From the IMG/VR virus record IMGVR_UViG_3300025849_000012: a DNA stretch of 64,000 bases. One strand, given 5' to 3'. The notes beneath the pieces were generated by a model that was not told the origin of the DNA, did not search any database, and saw only the letters and a list, made by a program, of their open reading frames with translations. The position numbers and the translations under genes are program-made. Origin of the DNA: an uncultured virus (IMG/VR IMGVR_UViG_3300025849_000012). Taxonomy: Duplodnaviria > Heunggongvirae > Uroviricota > Caudoviricetes. Positions 47,992 to 58,453 of the stretch are shown in pieces. Each line of letters opens with the position of its first letter. Position 1 is the first letter of the stretch.

Positions 47992-49485
47992 ATGCCAGAT
48001 GTAATTAACGTTGAGCAAATCAACGCAATATATTTAAAGATTAATACAGAGTCAAGCGTAAAGTTTGAGCTCGAGGCATATTTTAAATTCCAACCACAAG
48101 GCTTTCAATTTAACCCAAGCTACAAAAATAGAGTTTGGGATGGATGGATTCGTATTTTCCAACCTATGAAACCTGTTTTGTATGTTGGATTGTTTAGTAA
48201 ACTTCGTAAATTTTGCGAAGACCGTGGATATGAATTAAATGCACCAGACCATTTAATGCATGGCGAAAAAGTTCCTGACGATTATGGATATGAGATTGCT
48301 AAGGAAGTAAACTGTAAGTTTGAGCCTCGTGATTATCAGAATCAATATATCGTTGATGCCATACGTGATAGTCGTTCTTTATCTTTATCACCAACATCAT
48401 CTGGTAAATCTTTAATCATTTATTTAATTCAACAACATTATTATAGAGCGTTTGAACATCGTACTTTGATTATTGTTCCAACGATTTCATTAGTACATCA
48501 AATGGCTGGTGACTTTGTTGACTATGGTTGTGATCCATCTCACATATATAAAATCCAAGGTGGTATTGATAAAAACACAAATGCACCTATTGTTATATCG
48601 ACTTGGCAGTCTCTTATTAAATTAAGGAAAGATTGGTTTAGTCAATTTAAAGTAGTACTTGGAGATGAAGCACATTTATTCCAAGCGAAATCATTACAAA
48701 AAATTATGGAAGGACTCGACGAATGTTATTATCGACATGGATTTACCGGTACGTTAAAATCAGAAGAGAGCAAAACTCATAGGCTTGTATTGGAGGGTTG
48801 TTTTGGTTCTGTGCGTAAGCACGTTTCTACTAAGGATCTTATGGATGACGGTACTATTGCTGACTTTAATATAAAAGCAATTGTATTATCCCATAGTATT
48901 GAAAATAGAAAAGCATTTAAAAAGGCGATAGGCAAAGTACAAAATACCAGTCAGAAATACCCAGCTGAAAGAGAATATATAACGAATAATAATAAACGTA
49001 ATGTATTCATAAGAAATTTATTGTGGTCACTCGAAGGTCAGAATAATTTGGTTTTATTTGATTTAGTTGAGAAACATGGTAAATTATTAGAACCAATGTT
49101 AAGAAAAGATGGTAGACAACTACATTTTATATATGGTGCTACTAAAGGTGAAGAACGTGAAAGGATCAGACATATGATTGAAAACGATCCTATTAAACAA
49201 CACGATATACTTGCATCGTTTGGTACATTCTCAACCGGAATTAATTTAAAGAAACTCGATAATGTTATATTTGCATCTGGATCTAAATCAGAAGTAAAAG
49301 TACTTCAATCAATCGGTCGTGCCCTAAGAAAGGGCAACGATGCCGATAAAGCTACGCTTTACGATATTGCTGATGATTTGAGTGTTGGTGCCTACCAGAA
49401 TTATACATTACAACATTTTAGAAAACGAATAGAAATTTACGGATCCGAACAGTTTTCCGTTAAGATATACACAGTAAATATATAG
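47992..49485 (+). CDS. uvsW: RNA-DNA/DNA helicase UvsW
   Basis: SPTSSGKS, DEAH, TGT, QSIGRALR. Confidence 0.95.
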   Translation: MPDVINVEQINAIYLKINTESSVKFELEAYFKFQPQGFQFNPSYKNRVWDGWIRIFQPMKPVLYVGLFSKLRKFCEDRGYELNAPDHLMHGEKVPDDYGYEIAKEVNCKFEPRDYQNQYIVDAIRDSRSLSLSPTSSGKSLIIYLIQQHYYRAFEHRTLIIVPTISLVHQMAGDFVDYGCDPSHIYKIQGGIDKNTNAPIVISTWQSLIKLRKDWFSQFKVVLGDEAHLFQAKSLQKIMEGLDECYYRHGFTGTLKSEESKTHRLVLEGCFGSVRKHVSTKDLMDDGTIADFNIKAIVLSHSIENRKAFKKAIGKVQNTSQKYPAEREYITNNNKRNVFIRNLLWSLEGQNNLVLFDLVEKHGKLLEPMLRKDGRQLHFIYGATKGEERERIRHMIENDPIKQHDILASFGTFSTGINLKKLDNVIFASGSKSEVKVLQSIGRALRKGNDADKATLYDIADDLSVGAYQNYTLQHFRKRIEIYGSEQFSVKIYTVNI

Positions 49486-49538
49486 TATTATTTTATAGTA
49501 GATAAATCTATTATACCATACCTACAATACTGTGTCAA
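49486..49538 (-). promoter_or_regulatory. Promoter antisense to uvsW carrying the 30 bp repeat (copy 2)
   Basis: TTGACA(49538-49533)-17-TATAAT(49515-49510); 49486-49515 identical to 17338-17367. Confidence 0.7.
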
Positions 49539-49662
49539 CTAAAAAATGCATATACAATGAAAAAAGTTTATACATTTTACTATTGACATTTTACAATTAT
49601 TATGTTATTATTATATAGAATCAATTAGATTTAACTGATTAACAAGGAGGCTGGCTGACCAT

Positions 49663-50211
49663 ATGGCAAAAAGAGCTAAGAAAAACTACGTTAATAATAA
49701 AGACTTTTTAGAAGCATTAATAGCGTACAAAAAAGCGTGTACCGAGGCAGAAGATGCCGGTGACGAAAAACCAAGATGCCCAGACTACATCGGTAAGTGC
49801 ATCTATCAAATTGCGACTAGACTCGCAACAAAACCAAACTTCAGTGGATACTCTTATAAAGAGGATATGATTTCAGATGGTATAGAAAATTGTCTATCAT
49901 ATATGAGCAATTTCAATTCTGAGAAATCTTCTAATCCGTTTGCATACTTTACTCAAATTATTTGGTATGCATTTTTACGTCGTATTCAAAAAGAGAAAAA
50001 GCAAATGTATATTCGTTTTAAATCTTCACAAGTTTTGGTTCCTACTGGTGGTACTTACACTGGTGGCGAAGACATAAATCTAAACCTTAACACTAATGTT
50101 GATTATATGAATTCGTTTGTACAAGATTATGAGGATAAGATTGCTAGAGATAAAGCAAAAAAGAAAGAGTCCATTGAAGCTGCTGAAAAGGAAGAGGATT
50201 CTAAAGAGTGA
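49663..50211 (+). CDS. 55: Late sigma factor gp55
   Basis: YVNNKDF, NFSGYSYKEDMISDGIENC, NPFAYFTQI. Confidence 0.95.
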   Translation: MAKRAKKNYVNNKDFLEALIAYKKACTEAEDAGDEKPRCPDYIGKCIYQIATRLATKPNFSGYSYKEDMISDGIENCLSYMSNFNSEKSSNPFAYFTQIIWYAFLRRIQKEKKQMYIRFKSSQVLVPTGGTYTGGEDINLNLNTNVDYMNSFVQDYEDKIARDKAKKKESIEAAEKEEDSKE

Positions 50212-51269
50212 AAGTTGCTATAATTACAGACATGCACCTTGGCGTGCGTGGCGACTCTAAAGTATTCCTAGACCACCAAGAAAAGTTTTTTAATGAAGTG
50301 TTCTTTCCACATTTAGATGAACATAACATTAAAACAGTACTGGATTTAGGAGATACCTTTGACCGTCGTAAATACATCAACTATGTTACACTTGATAGGG
50401 CTAAGAAGTTTTTCTTTGACGAACTACAAAAGCGTGACATTGAATACCATGCAGTCGTAGGTAATCACTCCGTATATTATACAAACACAAATGAAGTTAA
50501 CTCAATGAACTTGTTACTCCAAGAGTATACAAACTTTAATATATATCGCGAAGAACCTGTTGAGTTGACATTTGGGTCAACTAATGTTATAATGGTACCA
50601 TGGATTAATAAAACAAATTCTGAAGTATGTTTGGATGCCATACGTAAATCAAATGCTCATATATGTATGGGTCACTTTGATATTATTGGTTTTGAAATGC
50701 TGAAGGGTGCGATTTGTGACCACGGTCTAACTAAAGAATTGTTTGGTAGTTATGAACAAGTTTATTCTGGTCATTTCCACCATCCATCTGAATATGGTAA
50801 CATTAACTATCTTGGTGCTCCATATGAAATGACATGGTCTGATTATCAAGGTAAGCGTGGTTTTCGTATTTTAGATACTGAAACACGTGAGTTGGAATGG
50901 ATTTTAAATCCTTTCTGTATTTACCATAAAATTGACTATGATGATGCTGATATGACTATTGAAGATATTGCTCATTTAGATTTGACTAATATTAAAGACT
51001 CGTACATTAAGGTTATTGTTAAGAATAGAACTAATCCATACATATATGATTTGTTTTTAAATAAACTTACTGATGCTGGCGCAAGCGACGTTAAGTCGAT
51101 AGAAGACTCACTTAACTTAGGTGATGCTGGTGTTGATGAAATACTTGATGAAACAAAAGATACTAAAGACATTTTACATGATTATATTGAATCTATTGAT
51201 ACGAAATCTAATAAGCAAAAGATTAAAGAATTGATTGATGAACTATATTTGGAAGCGCAGAGCATTTAA
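50208..51269 (+). CDS. 47: Recombination endonuclease gp47 (Mre11/SbcD-like)
   Basis: TDMHLG, GDTFD, GNH, SGHFH. Confidence 0.95.
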   Translation: MKVAIITDMHLGVRGDSKVFLDHQEKFFNEVFFPHLDEHNIKTVLDLGDTFDRRKYINYVTLDRAKKFFFDELQKRDIEYHAVVGNHSVYYTNTNEVNSMNLLLQEYTNFNIYREEPVELTFGSTNVIMVPWINKTNSEVCLDAIRKSNAHICMGHFDIIGFEMLKGAICDHGLTKELFGSYEQVYSGHFHHPSEYGNINYLGAPYEMTWSDYQGKRGFRILDTETRELEWILNPFCIYHKIDYDDADMTIEDIAHLDLTNIKDSYIKVIVKNRTNPYIYDLFLNKLTDAGASDVKSIEDSLNLGDAGVDEILDETKDTKDILHDYIESIDTKSNKQKIKELIDELYLEAQSI

Positions 51270-52981
51270 TGAAAATAACATTTAAGACAATAAAATATAA
51301 AAACCTGCTATCATCAGGTAACGCTTGGTCCGAAGTACGATTGGATCAATTCAGAACTACTCTTATCAGTGGTACAAACGGCAGTGGTAAGTCTACGTTA
51401 CTTGATGCTATCGTTTTTGCATTATATGGTAGAGCGTTTCGTAAAATTAACAAAGGTCAATTAATCAACACTATCAATGCTCGTGAAGCAGAAGTTGAAA
51501 TAACATTTTCTGTTGGTAATTCTAATTACTTAATACGTCGTGGTATCAAGCCAAACTTATTTGAGATTTGGAAAGACAACGTAATGATAAACCAAGATGC
51601 AGCGTCCAAGGATTACCAAGCCTACCTTGAACAAAACATTCTTAATTTAAATTATAAATCTTTTAATCAAATCGTTATCCTTGGTAGTGCAACATATGTT
51701 CCATTTATGGAATTACCTGCATATGCACGTAGAGAAATCATTGAAGACCTATTAGATATTCAAGTATTTAGTACTATGAATACGTTACTCAAGGATCGTG
51801 TATCAGGTAATAAAGAATCAATTACTGAAAATAGTTATCAGATGGATTTAATGGAATCAAAGTTATCATCTGCTAAAGAACATAACGCCTCTATTCGTAA
51901 AATACGCGAAGACGAGGTTGAAAAAATCCGAGAAAAGATGGCTGTCCACATCAAAGAAATTGAAGATGCTAAACAAGTAATAAGTGGACAAGAAGATGTT
52001 TTACAAACAGTTTTAGATGATGTTAAAGACAAACCTGAAATGAAAACAAAGTCTGAAAAGGCTAAGTCATTACGACGAGATATTGAAAGCCAAGTACGAT
52101 CGCATCAACAAGAGTTATCTTTTTACCAAGACCACGATGATTGTCCAACGTGTAAACAAGGTATTGAACATGAATTTAAGGCTGGTATTATAAGCGAAAA
52201 AGATACAAAACTCGCCGAATTGGAAAATGGTTTAAAACAATTAGCTGAAAAGGCAAAGGTTTACGAAGATCGTTTAGAGGCTATATCAGTACTTGAAGAT
52301 CAAATGAGAGATATTAATCTTGGTATCGGTGACCAACGTGCAACAATTAAAGTAGCAAAGAATGCATTGGTATCATATAAGAATGAATTGGTATCAGCTG
52401 AAGAACAAGTTGAAGCTGTTGATACTTCTAAGTTACAAGAAATTAGTGATAGACTTAAGAGTACTGAAGTTGAACAACAAGACCTGTTTGATGATAGAGA
52501 AGTACTTACTGTTGTTCAGGCTATGTTGCGTGACGGTGGTATTAAAACTCGTATTATCAGACAATATATTCCAATAATGAATAAACTAATTAATAAGTAC
52601 CTTGGATCGTTTGAATTATTCGTTGACTTCCAATTAGATGAAAACTTTAATGAAGTAATTAAATCTCGTTTCCGTGATGCTTTTTCATATGCCTCGTTTT
52701 CTGAAGGTGAAAAGCTTAGAATTACTTTAGCGATTATGTTGGCTTGGCGTTCAGTCGCTAAACTTCGTAACTCAGTATCAACCAATTTGTTATTACTTGA
52801 TGAAACCTTGGATGGCGCACTTGATGGTGTAGGCATTGAAAGTTTGATTGATACGTTACATAATCTTAATGCAGATGATAACATCTTTGTTATCTCGCAT
52901 CGTGGTCACCAGTTTGGTGATAAATTTGACAATCATATTCGTTTTAAAAAGGTAAAGAACTTTAGCGAAATAACAGCATAG
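51269..52981 (+). CDS. 46: Recombination ATPase gp46 (Rad50/SbcC-like)
   Basis: GTNGSGKST, CPTC hook, FSEGEK, LLDE. Confidence 0.95.
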   Translation: MKITFKTIKYKNLLSSGNAWSEVRLDQFRTTLISGTNGSGKSTLLDAIVFALYGRAFRKINKGQLINTINAREAEVEITFSVGNSNYLIRRGIKPNLFEIWKDNVMINQDAASKDYQAYLEQNILNLNYKSFNQIVILGSATYVPFMELPAYARREIIEDLLDIQVFSTMNTLLKDRVSGNKESITENSYQMDLMESKLSSAKEHNASIRKIREDEVEKIREKMAVHIKEIEDAKQVISGQEDVLQTVLDDVKDKPEMKTKSEKAKSLRRDIESQVRSHQQELSFYQDHDDCPTCKQGIEHEFKAGIISEKDTKLAELENGLKQLAEKAKVYEDRLEAISVLEDQMRDINLGIGDQRATIKVAKNALVSYKNELVSAEEQVEAVDTSKLQEISDRLKSTEVEQQDLFDDREVLTVVQAMLRDGGIKTRIIRQYIPIMNKLINKYLGSFELFVDFQLDENFNEVIKSRFRDAFSYASFSEGEKLRITLAIMLAWRSVAKLRNSVSTNLLLLDETLDGALDGVGIESLIDTLHNLNADDNIFVISHRGHQFGDKFDNHIRFKKVKNFSEITA

Positions 52982-52984
52982 GAG

Positions 52985-53212
52985 TTGATAATGCGTCATA
53001 GCATAGAAGATTTAATCAAAAGACTAGATGTAATGAAAGATAAAGCAATCTTGTTACATAGAGTTCGTAACGAGTTTTCTGAAATCTCTTATAAACAATA
53101 TGACAAGGTCGCTTGCCAAAATCTTATTGATGATATACAGGCAATGGCACTAGGCATCGCCAACGATAAAGACGGCGATGAAATTATTACCGAGATGGAT
53201 TCTTGGAAATAA
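52985..53212 (+). CDS. Hypothetical protein
   Basis: AGGAG RBS. Confidence 0.6.
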   Translation: MIMRHSIEDLIKRLDVMKDKAILLHRVRNEFSEISYKQYDKVACQNLIDDIQAMALGIANDKDGDEIITEMDSWK

Positions 53213-53273
53213 AAGGGTTGACAATATTACCAAATTGTGATAATATTATTTTATATTATGTTTAAGGATACAC

Positions 53274-55817
53274 ATGTCTAAATTTTATACGTCTGTCGAG
53301 CGTTTCGGCCAAAACATTCTTTGGCGTGGTTACGATGCTAATGGTAAACGATTTTCTAAAAAGGTTCAATTTGAGCCTACATTATATTGTAATACCAAAG
53401 ATGGAGCCCCATCCAATTTTAATTCGCTCCAAGGTGACATACCTTTGATGCCGATGAAACAAGATGGCATGAGAGAAGCCAAAGAATTTATTGAACGTTA
53501 CAAAGACGTACATGGTATGACTATCGCAGGTAGTTCAAATTATGTAGCTCAGTTTATTCAACAAGAATATCCAAACAACATCAACTTTGATCCATCTAAA
53601 ATCAATATCGTATCATTTGATATTGAGGTTGACATCGCGGATGGTTATCCTGATGTTGATTTTGCTGATAAAGAAATTACATCCATCGCTTATAAATCTT
53701 CAAAGTCTTCTGACTACCACCTACTCGGTCGTAAAGATTATGATAAGTCTAAAACTCTACTTGACATTGACCCAGATAACATTCACTTTATGAAGTTTGA
53801 TACTGAGCAAGCTTTGCTTAAACGCTTTAAAGAATTATGGATGAATGATTATCCTGATATTGTTACGGGTTGGAACGTAGAGTATTTTGACATTCAATAT
53901 ATTATTACACGTATGAAAAATATGTTTGGTGAAGATTGGGTTAAAGATTTATCTCCTTGGCGTAACATTCGCCCAACAGGTCGAGAATTCTTTGGTAAAT
54001 TTCAAAATACATATCAGATTGGTGGTATGGCTGTTATTGATTACATGGACTGCTTCAAAAAGTTTGGTTATAAGTATGGACCACAAGAGTCATGGAAACT
54101 TGACCACATTGCACATGTTGTACTTGGTGAAAAGAAATTAGATTACTCTGAGTATGGTAACCTTAATGCGTTGTACGAACAAAATCCTCAACTATATCTC
54201 GACTATAACCTTAAAGATACATGGTTAATTCAAAAATTTGAAGATGAAACATCGCTACTTCAGTTGGTTATGACTGTTGCATATGGCGGTGGTGTTAACT
54301 TTAACGATGCGTTTGGTACGGTTGGTATATGGGAAACAACTCTATATCGTAAACTAATCCTTGATGGTCGTGTACCACCAATTAAAGGTGGTCCAGGTCA
54401 ACGTGCTGGAGAATTGGTCGGCGGTTATGTAAAAGATCCTAGAGTTGGTATGCACCCATGGATTGTATCATTTGATTTAAACTCTCTGTATCCACACCTT
54501 ATGTTACAATATAATATGTCACCTGAAACCTACTTATCTGATGAACGAGATTTTGTAAACCAAGATATGGTATTAAAAGGTAAATATCAATCTCAACATA
54601 AAAAAATGTCAGTAGCAGCCAATGGTGCCTGTTTTACTAATGAGTTTAAAGGTGTTATTCCATCTATTATTGATGAGTACTATGGTAATCGTACTGTAAT
54701 TAAAAAGAATATGTTAAAGGTTGAGCAACAGCTTGAGGATGCAACTGATCCAAGCGAAATCAAACGTTTGAAACGTGAAGCAAACCAATTACATAATGCT
54801 CAAATGGCTATCAAAATTGCTATGAACTCTCTGTATGGTGCCACTGCAAATATTTACTTCCTATACTATATTAATGATATGGCTGAGGCGATTACTACAT
54901 CCGGCCAGTTATCAATTCGATGGGCTCAAAAATCTGTAAACGATTACCTCAACAGAATATTGAAAACCGATAAAGACTATATCGTGTATATTGATACTGA
55001 TTCAATTTATGTTGATATGGCTCCTATCGTTGAAAACGCTTTTGGTACTGTTGACGTTGATCGTAAGAAAGGCGAAGAGTTCCTTGACAAAGTTTGCCAA
55101 ATGAAAATTGAGCCAGTGCTTGAAGCTGGTTACGAAGAACTCGCTAAAAAGATGGGTGCTTATCGCCAAGCGATGGGTATGAAACGAGAAAAGATTACTG
55201 ATAAGTCTGTGTTTATTGCTAAGAAGCGTTACATTATGAATACACTTAATTCCGAGGGTGTTCACTATGATGAGCCAAAGGTATCAGTAACTGGTTTGGA
55301 ATCAGTTCGTTCATCAACACCAGAGGTATGTCGCGAAGAGTTAAAGAAATCGTTTAAGGTTATTATGAATGATGGCGAAGAAGCCACACAAAAATTTATT
55401 GCAGACTTTAAAGATAAGTTCTTTCAACTTGGACCAGAAGATGTTGCTAAAAACTCTGGTACTGATAACATCGATAAGTATCGCGAGAGTGGATCCTTAT
55501 ATAAAAAGGGTTGTCCTATGCATGTACGTGGTGCCATTCTCTACAACCATTACCTCAAAGGCGCTAAGCTACAAAAACGTTATAACGAAATTAATGGTGG
55601 TGATAAAATTAAATTCGTATATCTTAAAACTCCAAATCCGATTAAAGAAAACATCATATCATTTCCAGGCGTATTACCACCTGAGCTTGGATTAAGTGAA
55701 TACATTGATTACGAAAAACAATTCGATAAAGTATTCCTAAGTCCGTTAAAAGCAATACTTGACGCCGTCGATTGGTCAACGGAAAAAGTAAACACTATTG
55801 ACAACTTCTTTGTATAA
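53274..55817 (+). CDS. 43: Family B DNA polymerase gp43
   Basis: FDIE, SFDLNSLYP, KIAMNSLYG, YIDTDS. Confidence 0.97.
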   Translation: MSKFYTSVERFGQNILWRGYDANGKRFSKKVQFEPTLYCNTKDGAPSNFNSLQGDIPLMPMKQDGMREAKEFIERYKDVHGMTIAGSSNYVAQFIQQEYPNNINFDPSKINIVSFDIEVDIADGYPDVDFADKEITSIAYKSSKSSDYHLLGRKDYDKSKTLLDIDPDNIHFMKFDTEQALLKRFKELWMNDYPDIVTGWNVEYFDIQYIITRMKNMFGEDWVKDLSPWRNIRPTGREFFGKFQNTYQIGGMAVIDYMDCFKKFGYKYGPQESWKLDHIAHVVLGEKKLDYSEYGNLNALYEQNPQLYLDYNLKDTWLIQKFEDETSLLQLVMTVAYGGGVNFNDAFGTVGIWETTLYRKLILDGRVPPIKGGPGQRAGELVGGYVKDPRVGMHPWIVSFDLNSLYPHLMLQYNMSPETYLSDERDFVNQDMVLKGKYQSQHKKMSVAANGACFTNEFKGVIPSIIDEYYGNRTVIKKNMLKVEQQLEDATDPSEIKRLKREANQLHNAQMAIKIAMNSLYGATANIYFLYYINDMAEAITTSGQLSIRWAQKSVNDYLNRILKTDKDYIVYIDTDSIYVDMAPIVENAFGTVDVDRKKGEEFLDKVCQMKIEPVLEAGYEELAKKMGAYRQAMGMKREKITDKSVFIAKKRYIMNTLNSEGVHYDEPKVSVTGLESVRSSTPEVCREELKKSFKVIMNDGEEATQKFIADFKDKFFQLGPEDVAKNSGTDNIDKYRESGSLYKKGCPMHVRGAILYNHYLKGAKLQKRYNEINGGDKIKFVYLKTPNPIKENIISFPGVLPPELGLSEYIDYEKQFDKVFLSPLKAILDAVDWSTEKVNTIDNFFV

Positions 55818-55827
55818 AGGGAACATA

Positions 55828-56013
55828 ATGAAAACTGCAGAAGACATAGAGTACAGATTAGATTTAATTACTAAGGAACATGCCAAGCTTCATAAAACCA
55901 TTGAGGCACTTGAGGCAGAAAAAGCACCAGACAAACATATCAAGTCTGCCAAGGTTAAAAAGCTTAAATTAAAAGATGAAATAACGTACTTATCTAACTT
56001 AAATATTAATTGA
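55828..56013 (+). CDS. DUF465/YdcH-like small coiled-coil protein
   Basis: EHAKL...KKLKLKDEI. Confidence 0.6.
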   Translation: MKTAEDIEYRLDLITKEHAKLHKTIEALEAEKAPDKHIKSAKVKKLKLKDEITYLSNLNIN

Positions 56014-56063
56014 CATATGTATCATGGTGTGATACAATCTAACAAACAACAAAGGATTATAAT

Positions 56064-56474
56064 ATGAGCGATTTTGCTAACGATATGTATATGATGCATA
56101 ACAAATTTGGTGTCAGAGAATGGTTTGAAGCTAACAAAGACAATAAAGACTTAATGGACAAATACCTAAGGTTTCGTTTATCAATGTGTAAGGAAGAGCT
56201 TGATGAAACTATGGATGCTATTGAAGCCAAAGATCCTGAAGAAATTGTTGATGGTTTAATTGATATGTGCGTATTCGCTATTGGTACACTTGACGTATTT
56301 GGTGTTGATGCAAACGTGGCTTGGAATAAAGTTTACGAGGCAAACGCTGCTAAAGATGTTGGTGTTAAAGAAGGTCGGCCAAATAAATTCGGACTTCCAG
56401 ATTTGATTAAACCAGAGGGTTGGACTGCTCCAAGCCATGAAGGTAACCACGGCGATTTAAAGAAAGCTCTATAA
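56064..56474 (+). CDS. MazG-like/PRA-PH nucleotide pyrophosphohydrolase
   Basis: EELDE, EIVDGLID, AN..K, KPEGW..P. Confidence 0.8.
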   Translation: MSDFANDMYMMHNKFGVREWFEANKDNKDLMDKYLRFRLSMCKEELDETMDAIEAKDPEEIVDGLIDMCVFAIGTLDVFGVDANVAWNKVYEANAAKDVGVKEGRPNKFGLPDLIKPEGWTAPSHEGNHGDLKKAL

Positions 56475-56713
56475 TGGATGATGAACCATCAAAAACCTGG
56501 GTAAGACCCAAAGAACCTGCTAAATTAGTAGCGTTAAGAAAAGCATTACATGATTTCAATATAGAATATGCAATAAGTAAAAGAGATAAAAACCTATTAA
56601 GTATTAATATTTGGTTAGGTGAAGAATAAATAGATTAAGGTGAGGTGGTAAATACCTTGCCTTTTTTAATGTGAGCGACGTGGTAAAAACGTCAAACAAT
56701 AAAGGAGAAATTT

Positions 56714-57679
56714 ATGGAACTACTCACAATGTGGAGTCTAATCGGATTCCTGCTTGCTGCTTACGCAGTTATAGCAAATGATTCAGTACAAACTCTCGGT
56801 ACTTGGATGGCATCAAACAATGAGAGATTTAGTTATAAAACATTATGGATAGCAGCGTCCTCTGTTCTTTTAGCCACACTTTGGTATGGTTGGATGATGA
56901 ATGGCGGTGACATTAGTTATGGCCGTTTGAATAAAATTCCGTGGCAAGAAGTACAATGGTACCATGCTGCAGCACCTGCAATTCTAGTTGCATTGACTCG
57001 ATTAGGTGTACCAGTTTCAACATCATTTTTAGTATTATCAGTATTTGCTAGCACCTTTGTATTAGAAAAGATGCTAATGAAATCCATTATGGGTTATGGT
57101 GTAGCTGCAGGGTTTGCTTATGCAGTATGGTTTATAATTCACAAATACTTTGGTAGATGGTATGATGAAACAGCACCTATAAGTGAAAGTAATAAGAACT
57201 ATTGGCGCATTGCTCAATGGGTTGCTACAGGTGGTTTATGGTATACTTGGTTGTCACATGATATTGCTAACATTGCGGTGTTCTTACCACGTCAAGTACC
57301 AGTAGATTTAATGATACTTATATCATTTGTATTTGTTGGTGGATTGTTCTTTATGTTTAGAGAACGTGGTGGTAAAATCCAACAAATTGTATTAGAGAAA
57401 CATAATACTCGATATGTAAGATCAGCGACATTGATTGACTTGTTTTACTGGCTATGTTTATATTTCTTTAAAGAACTCAATGATATTCCTATGAGTACAA
57501 CATGGGTTTTCGTTGGGCTATTAGCAGGACGTGAGTTGGCTATGGCAACATACTTTGGTAAAAGAAAAACCAAATCAGTATTTCCATTAGTTGCTAAAGA
57601 CTTTGGTAAAATGATGGTTGGTCTTGGTGCCTCAGTAGCGTTGGTATTACTTATTCATTATGTAATTAATCCAATTTAA
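56714..57679 (+). CDS. PiT (PHO4)-like phosphate/anion permease
   Basis: Multi-TM protein with duplicated signatures AND/SHDIAN and PVSTS/PMSTT. Confidence 0.65.
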   Translation: MELLTMWSLIGFLLAAYAVIANDSVQTLGTWMASNNERFSYKTLWIAASSVLLATLWYGWMMNGGDISYGRLNKIPWQEVQWYHAAAPAILVALTRLGVPVSTSFLVLSVFASTFVLEKMLMKSIMGYGVAAGFAYAVWFIIHKYFGRWYDETAPISESNKNYWRIAQWVATGGLWYTWLSHDIANIAVFLPRQVPVDLMILISFVFVGGLFFMFRERGGKIQQIVLEKHNTRYVRSATLIDLFYWLCLYFFKELNDIPMSTTWVFVGLLAGRELAMATYFGKRKTKSVFPLVAKDFGKMMVGLGASVALVLLIHYVINPI

Positions 57680-57773
57680 TTAAAATAAATTTAAATGTTA
57701 CCGCTAACACAGCGGCTGGTGGGTACCTCTAAAACATAAATAATATTACATTGTTTATATAGGAGGTCCCACC

Positions 57774-58019
57774 ATGTGCTCACCAGAAGTGCGTAGAGAA
57801 GCCAACCGTTTGAATTGGATGGTCAAAGGTAAACTGATTGATATTTCAGAATCTGACTCAGTTGTTGAATACCTTTATGATAGTTATTTTAAAAGACTAT
57901 GGGGAAACCACGAAAGATCCCAATATGCCGAAGAAGGTTTTGAAGCAGCATATAAAATACGTGAACAAGAAATCCTTAGAGAAGAAGTAAAATCAGTGGC
58001 TCAACTCGGCTACGATTAA
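57774..58019 (+). CDS. Hypothetical protein
   Basis: AGGAGG RBS. Confidence 0.65.
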   Translation: MCSPEVRREANRLNWMVKGKLIDISESDSVVEYLYDSYFKRLWGNHERSQYAEEGFEAAYKIREQEILREEVKSVAQLGYD

Positions 58020-58022
58020 CTA

Positions 58023-58051
58023 TTGACATTCCTTTTAGAATCAGTTATAAT
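58023..58051 (+). promoter_or_regulatory. Early promoter cassette
   Basis: TTGACA-17-TATAAT, GAATC at 58038-58042. Confidence 0.85.
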
Positions 58052-58078
58052 AGTATATAACAACAAAAGGAAAATAGT

Positions 58079-58450
58079 ATGTACACAGTTAAAACAAATA
58101 CATTCCCATCAGAAGCCATTGGAATGGCGTCACGTTTAGAAGATGCTCTTGCCATGTGTAACAAAATCGGTGGCGAACCAGGCAATCATGTAGATAACAT
58201 AAGAAGTCTCAATAGCTTTGACGGATTCATGTATATACAGTATAATGGTTATGTTTGTGTAAACGAATTATACGAAGATGATGAAGGCTTTAATAAAAAC
58301 TCATACATGTATGGTAAAATGGTATATGCCAATGGAACAAAATTCGTAGAAGATGTAGAAGACTTGGATGGATTATCAAGTAATTCATATGCTTCGTGGA
58401 ATGAAGCTGAAATTGTATTTAAGAAAAAAGTTCAACTATTATCAAATTAG
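58079..58450 (+). CDS. Early hypothetical protein
   Basis: Own promoter and RBS. Confidence 0.65.
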   Translation: MYTVKTNTFPSEAIGMASRLEDALAMCNKIGGEPGNHVDNIRSLNSFDGFMYIQYNGYVCVNELYEDDEGFNKNSYMYGKMVYANGTKFVEDVEDLDGLSSNSYASWNEAEIVFKKKVQLLSN

Positions 58451-58453
58451 CTA

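Noticed and set aside
53274..55817. Intein or split DNA polymerase
   Set aside because: 847 aa continuous ORF with normal motif spacing
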